Source of the DNA: Takakia lepidozioides
Lineage: Eukaryota > Plantae > Bryophyta
NCBI GenBank assembly: GCA_030704615.1
Contig: CM060731.1
Location: forward strand, 71,300,001-71,364,000
Reading direction: 5' to 3'
DNA length: 64,000 bases
The notes below the pieces were generated by a model, which saw only the letters and a program-made list of their open reading frames with translations, made no database searches and had not been told where the DNA came from. This document shows positions 59,601-64,000 of this stretch, piece after piece. Every line of letters begins with the position of its first letter. The stretch's first letter is position 1. Position numbers and translations under genes: made by a program.

Positions 59601-62553
59601 CGTTTCAGTTCAAGTAGCATGACCAAGGAACATACCGAATTCTCTGTCGCGACTCGGAACATTCCATGCATGGACACGCCGTTACCTCCACCCATGACCA
59701 CTCCATTTAGCAAAGCCACCTTGCACCCATCCAGAAGAAAAACAACTAATAGCACAATTAGCAAGAAACCTCAACTAAACTTGCAAACAATCTGCTGCCC
59801 TGTGTGGTCTACGTTCTTGTGCATTGCTAGAACGGGCCTGGTAGAACGAGTCAGTGCATTTGCTGCATTTCATCAGAATCGACCTTGCTGCCTCCAGTGA
59901 GCCACCCAACCATCTAGTAAGGTCCTCATGCACGCCTCCAACCCTTAGAACCTGAACCTGCTACTGCTCACATAAGCCATCTTCTCTATCAGGCCAGCAA
60001 CTCCAAATACATGGGCGAAATAATTGAGAATTACTCACATGAATTTTCTTATAAGTTCCCAGAATATAGTTGAACAAATACTCTTTTGCAAAAAACTCTT
60101 TACCAGCCGCTTTATTTCCTGCAGAGTACACACCCCCCCAAAAAACCAATCTCCTGAAGTATGTAAACATTTGTGTTGCTGGCCTGTTCAACAATGACAA
60201 ACAGTGGTATGCCAACACTCCCACATGCACGGATTTTGTTTCTGGCGAATCTGTGTGCTCTAGTGGTTGCACATACCGCCAGATGTCTTTCTTTGGAATG
60301 TTGGGAATTCCTGTACGTAAAACATACCTGCTTTTCCCAGATGGTAGACAGTTGCCACATCACCCCCTGCACAAAAGCCCCGCCCAGCACCCTTGCAATG
60401 TCACCCATAAACCCTGTCAATCCAGGCCACCTGGCAGTAGTCAGGAATAGATTCGAGGACTAACTAGAAATTGTCCATCCTATTCAAGCTCAACCAGTCA
60501 TTGTAGAAGTGGACAAGATCTGCACAGTCTCAACACCACCTAATTCTAGGGGTGTAAAGTTGTATATACCACACTGACAACACCATAAACTATGTACTCG
60601 TGTTGAAGACAGTATGGTAGAAAATAATTTGAATGCAAAGGTCCAAATGGAAGTAATAGCCTCAATGTAACAAGCTGCTTGTAAGAAAACTATTCAGTTG
60701 AAACAATCCATTTTCTCGTTAGTATTTAAGTTTCTACTTACTTAGAGCTGATGCACATTTAATCCTAGACAGGGCTCAAGTGTTTGCTACTCGCCAGCAC
60801 AACTAGTAGTCCATGACAAGATTTGATCTCTGATATTTCCTCCCTAGTATAAGGCAGAAGGTCAAAAACATCACAGATGCTGGCTCTTCCTTTGATACAG
60901 TCTTGGAACGTTTTACCCTAAGAGAATCAGGGGCAAGGGAGGGCTTACTTTAATGATCACCAAACGCACATGCTTGTCCTTCTCCCACCTTTCATAAAGC
61001 TCCCGCAGCCGTACAACCTATTCCACAATACCAACCATCTCACTCCGCTGCCACATACAACTTTTCCATAATTCTTGAAGATCCTCAACACAAGGATCAC
61101 ATCAGTTTTTCTGTATGGAGAAAAGCTCTGAACATGATTCGTTGCTTTCACCTAAACTAAGAGTGTGGACCACCAGAGCCTAGCATGGACGCCAAAGTCC
61201 TCAGGAAGCCACTTCTGCAGCATTGATAGCTCAATACCCCACCATATCACCCATGGTTTCTCTTTCTGTCTAACCTGCAAAACAGCCGACCAGGCAAAAC
61301 CTGCAACCCACTTTTGCAGCTTCCTGACACTAAGAACTCAGGCTGGTCGTACTATCCTCTGAATGTTGCAAGTGAGAAGAGCTCCAGAAACAAATGATGC
61401 AAGCTTGCAATGTGAAAGCTGCTGGAGACATTTACCATGAATAGTGTTACGGCATTGAGCTTTTTGGGCCGGTTCAAGACAACTGTCTTTGTGGCAAACC
61501 CCTCTTCTACCAGAATCTGAATCCCACATCCAGAGAATCAAAGTGTCATTAGCAATACATGTGGAGGAGTCTGACACACCTACGTCAGCCATTGGTCAGA
61601 AGCGCGTAACTAACAGTCAATTACAAAAGAGGGTAGACTCCCAATCAAGCGACGACGGACTCGCAGAGACAATAGGAAAAACAATGCATTAAACCCATCC
61701 CTCAAACCACCTATCACCTGGAGGACAAGAGTTGAATCTCAACTAATTACCATATACAAATTAAGTCATGTGGCCTTTCTATAGGGGCGAATTCTGTCAT
61801 CATGTAACATCAACCAGCCCAGGGGTATTTCAGGAGCCCTAAAGAAAACAAAAATACATCCCCTCCAGGCTGCATTGGTATCAATCGCAGCCTTAGTCTC
61901 CTTTTACTACAAAAGAAGAATGTCGATTATGTTTAATTATGTTTCACACAGGATTTTGGTCGCAGCCACATAGCTCCAGAAATAGCCTCAACTCTAAAGC
62001 CCTTTCAAAGAAAGAGTACTTGTAGAGGCTCAATGCCTACAGCTGCACAATTGATGCATCATGCGCATGTGGCGCTCAAGCTGTCTACGCCATAATTTCG
62101 TTTTGAATTCTCTTTTAAACTTGTAAGACAATTTTTCCCAGAACATATGGGGGATCAGTGCGCCAACAAGACCGGCACCAAAGGAGAAATGCAGTGAGGA
62201 GAGTTCCAAACTACGAGGGTCTTGAGGCAGGGATAAAATCACATCAACCCGTTACAACCAATCCAACCCTGTACTGCCGATTGTAACTGACAGCCTAGAT
62301 GCGGGAGATGGGCTAGGGGAGCAACCCCGGGCCGCAAATCTTACCCTGCTCAGTGGGCGCACCGCTCACAGGTCTAGAATGAAGAAGACGATGTGATATG
62401 GGAGAAGGAGTTACGCACCTCATCTTCCACCGGTGCAGCAGCTTTGGAGTGCATCGCAACGATGGGCAGGGATCGAGCTGATACGTCCGCAACACCGGAG
62501 GTCGTGTGTCGTGAAACAGCTCGAAATCCCAAAAGATTTTTCAGCCTTATCAT
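56621..62553 (-). CDS. 3-hydroxyisobutyryl-CoA hydrolase-like protein (crotonase/ECH_2 family), predicted mitochondrial, multi-exon
   Basis: Presequence [15 protein letters not shown]; [11 protein letters not shown]; [12 protein letters not shown]; [19 protein letters not shown]; [20 protein letters not shown]; [13 protein letters not shown]; [10 protein letters not shown]; CLEREYR; [16 protein letters not shown]; stop at 56621. Confidence 0.93.
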
Positions 62554-64000
62554 CTCTATGAAGGCAAGTACTGGGTGCGCCTCGCTTGCTCCGCCCAATT
62601 GCTCGTGACACTGTCGGGTAGCGTGCAGGGCAGCACAGCGGCCTCCACAGAAAGAGCGTAGCACAAGCCCTTCCTTTAGACCTTCTGCGGTTCCCCAACA
62701 CGTGTGGGATATGCCCGTAATTACCTGCATAGAAGTAATCCGCAGCTTCCCAGTTGATATGCCTTCCCTTCCAAGAACATTGTAAAGAATCACAATGCGA
62801 GAACCTCGATCGGAGCGCTGCAGGAGATCGGAGAGGACAAAGACTGTGGCAAGGGATTGAGATTGCATCTAGGGCAATGAGATTATGGAAGCAAGCTACG
62901 AGACTCACTGAACTTCATGCCATGTTGGATGATGGAGTCGGTCCTGTGATACTCTGTAAACTTTTGTTCTTCTAATCATTATCGTGGAGATTCTGACATG
63001 CTTGATATGTCCGTGCTCAACAAGTTTACGTCCCCGTCATTCTGTACTGTAAGAGCCCAGGCTTTCGACTTCATAGCCTAGACACAATTAGTTTACTGAC
63101 CCCAGTCCTGTATGCAGAAGAAACTGCATGGTGTGCATCTTTGCCTTTCGAGAGCTGCATGCCTGAAGGCAGGAACAATTAATTGTGCACCCTGACACCT
63201 CCTATTGGGAGACGGAGCTGGTTCGCCCTGATGTCGCTGATGTTGGTTCCCTCAGGCTTAGACCTGATGTCCAACATAGAATATAATGTCCACGACAGGA
63301 CAGATACAATGTTGCTGTAGTGCTTGTTTACTGCCTTTCTCTTTTAGCTTTAGAAATAGAGTGGAAAGGTTGTCACCTAACTTATTTGTCAGCTTTCCAC
63401 TCTGACACTCAAACTTCTCTTTGGCCCATGCATAACCTTTTACAGTTAGGGAAACTGATACACGCGGGCTTCAAAAGATGGAAGGTGACAGGTCCTGAAG
63501 ACCCCACCTTCGAAAATAAGTTTGCATGACACTTGGTGGGGACCGAATCATAACATCTCCAGGCAGGACCTGCAAATCTCACCTCAGCAGTGACAAACGA
63601 CCATTCAAATCCTGATGCATACACTGATTTACCCCAATCAACAATCCAGAGCAAAATGAGGTCAAGGTTGTGGGCACATGAACATCAAGGAAAATGTTGA
63701 TTATCTCCAATTTTGGACTGAAACATGAATGAGATGTCTGCTTTTCGCATTGACATAAATCTAATGTATCCGGAAGGATTGCGAGGATGGAATTAATTGT
63801 GACTGTTTGCAAACATGGAAAGCAACCACCCACTTCTGGGTTGCAAGCAGATTAAGCTATCTGCAGAGAATAACCGGCAGATTGCTGGAGAATACCGGAG
63901 TGAACTCTGTACTCTAGGTTGAATAAATATAGGCACTCTCGAGCATCTTTCTATCTGTATATACATACACCCTATGCATTTGTATTTGACTCCTGCCTCC

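Overview
Eukaryotic nuclear DNA from a non-seed land plant, most likely a bryophyte. This is inferred from a PLS-DYW PPR gene, GT-AG introns with weak pyrimidine tracts, a Tcn1-like chromovirus and a moss-like RbcS loop. Gene models were assembled by eye from splice sites and protein motifs. In order: a 5'-truncated PLS-E-DYW RNA-editing PPR; a TPR + ARM + methyltransferase-like gene (-); a trihelix (ASR3/SH4-like) transcription factor whose exons can splice in frame into a MetX/MekB-like alpha/beta-hydrolase (+); a ~17-kb block of nested transposons (15.5-32 kb); an atypical E2F (DEL); a divergent RbcS; a two-lipoyl mitochondrial PDC E2 paralog with a LINE in one intron; and a 3-hydroxyisobutyryl-CoA hydrolase. 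The transposon block holds a PHD-bearing Gypsy, a chromovirus with an ATGGG TSD, a self-priming PBS and an internal inversion, and a non-autonomous CACTA. It also contains a ~6.5-kb inversion that splits both a Gypsy integrase and an aspartic protease gene. Best candidates for undescribed biology: (1) the trihelix TF-hydrolase fusion, a possible small-molecule-sensing TF; (2) the E2 paralog with catalytic DHR changed to DGR, E3BP-like; (3) the divergent RbcS; (4) the TPR-ARM-pseudo-methyltransferase. No transcript or database evidence was available.
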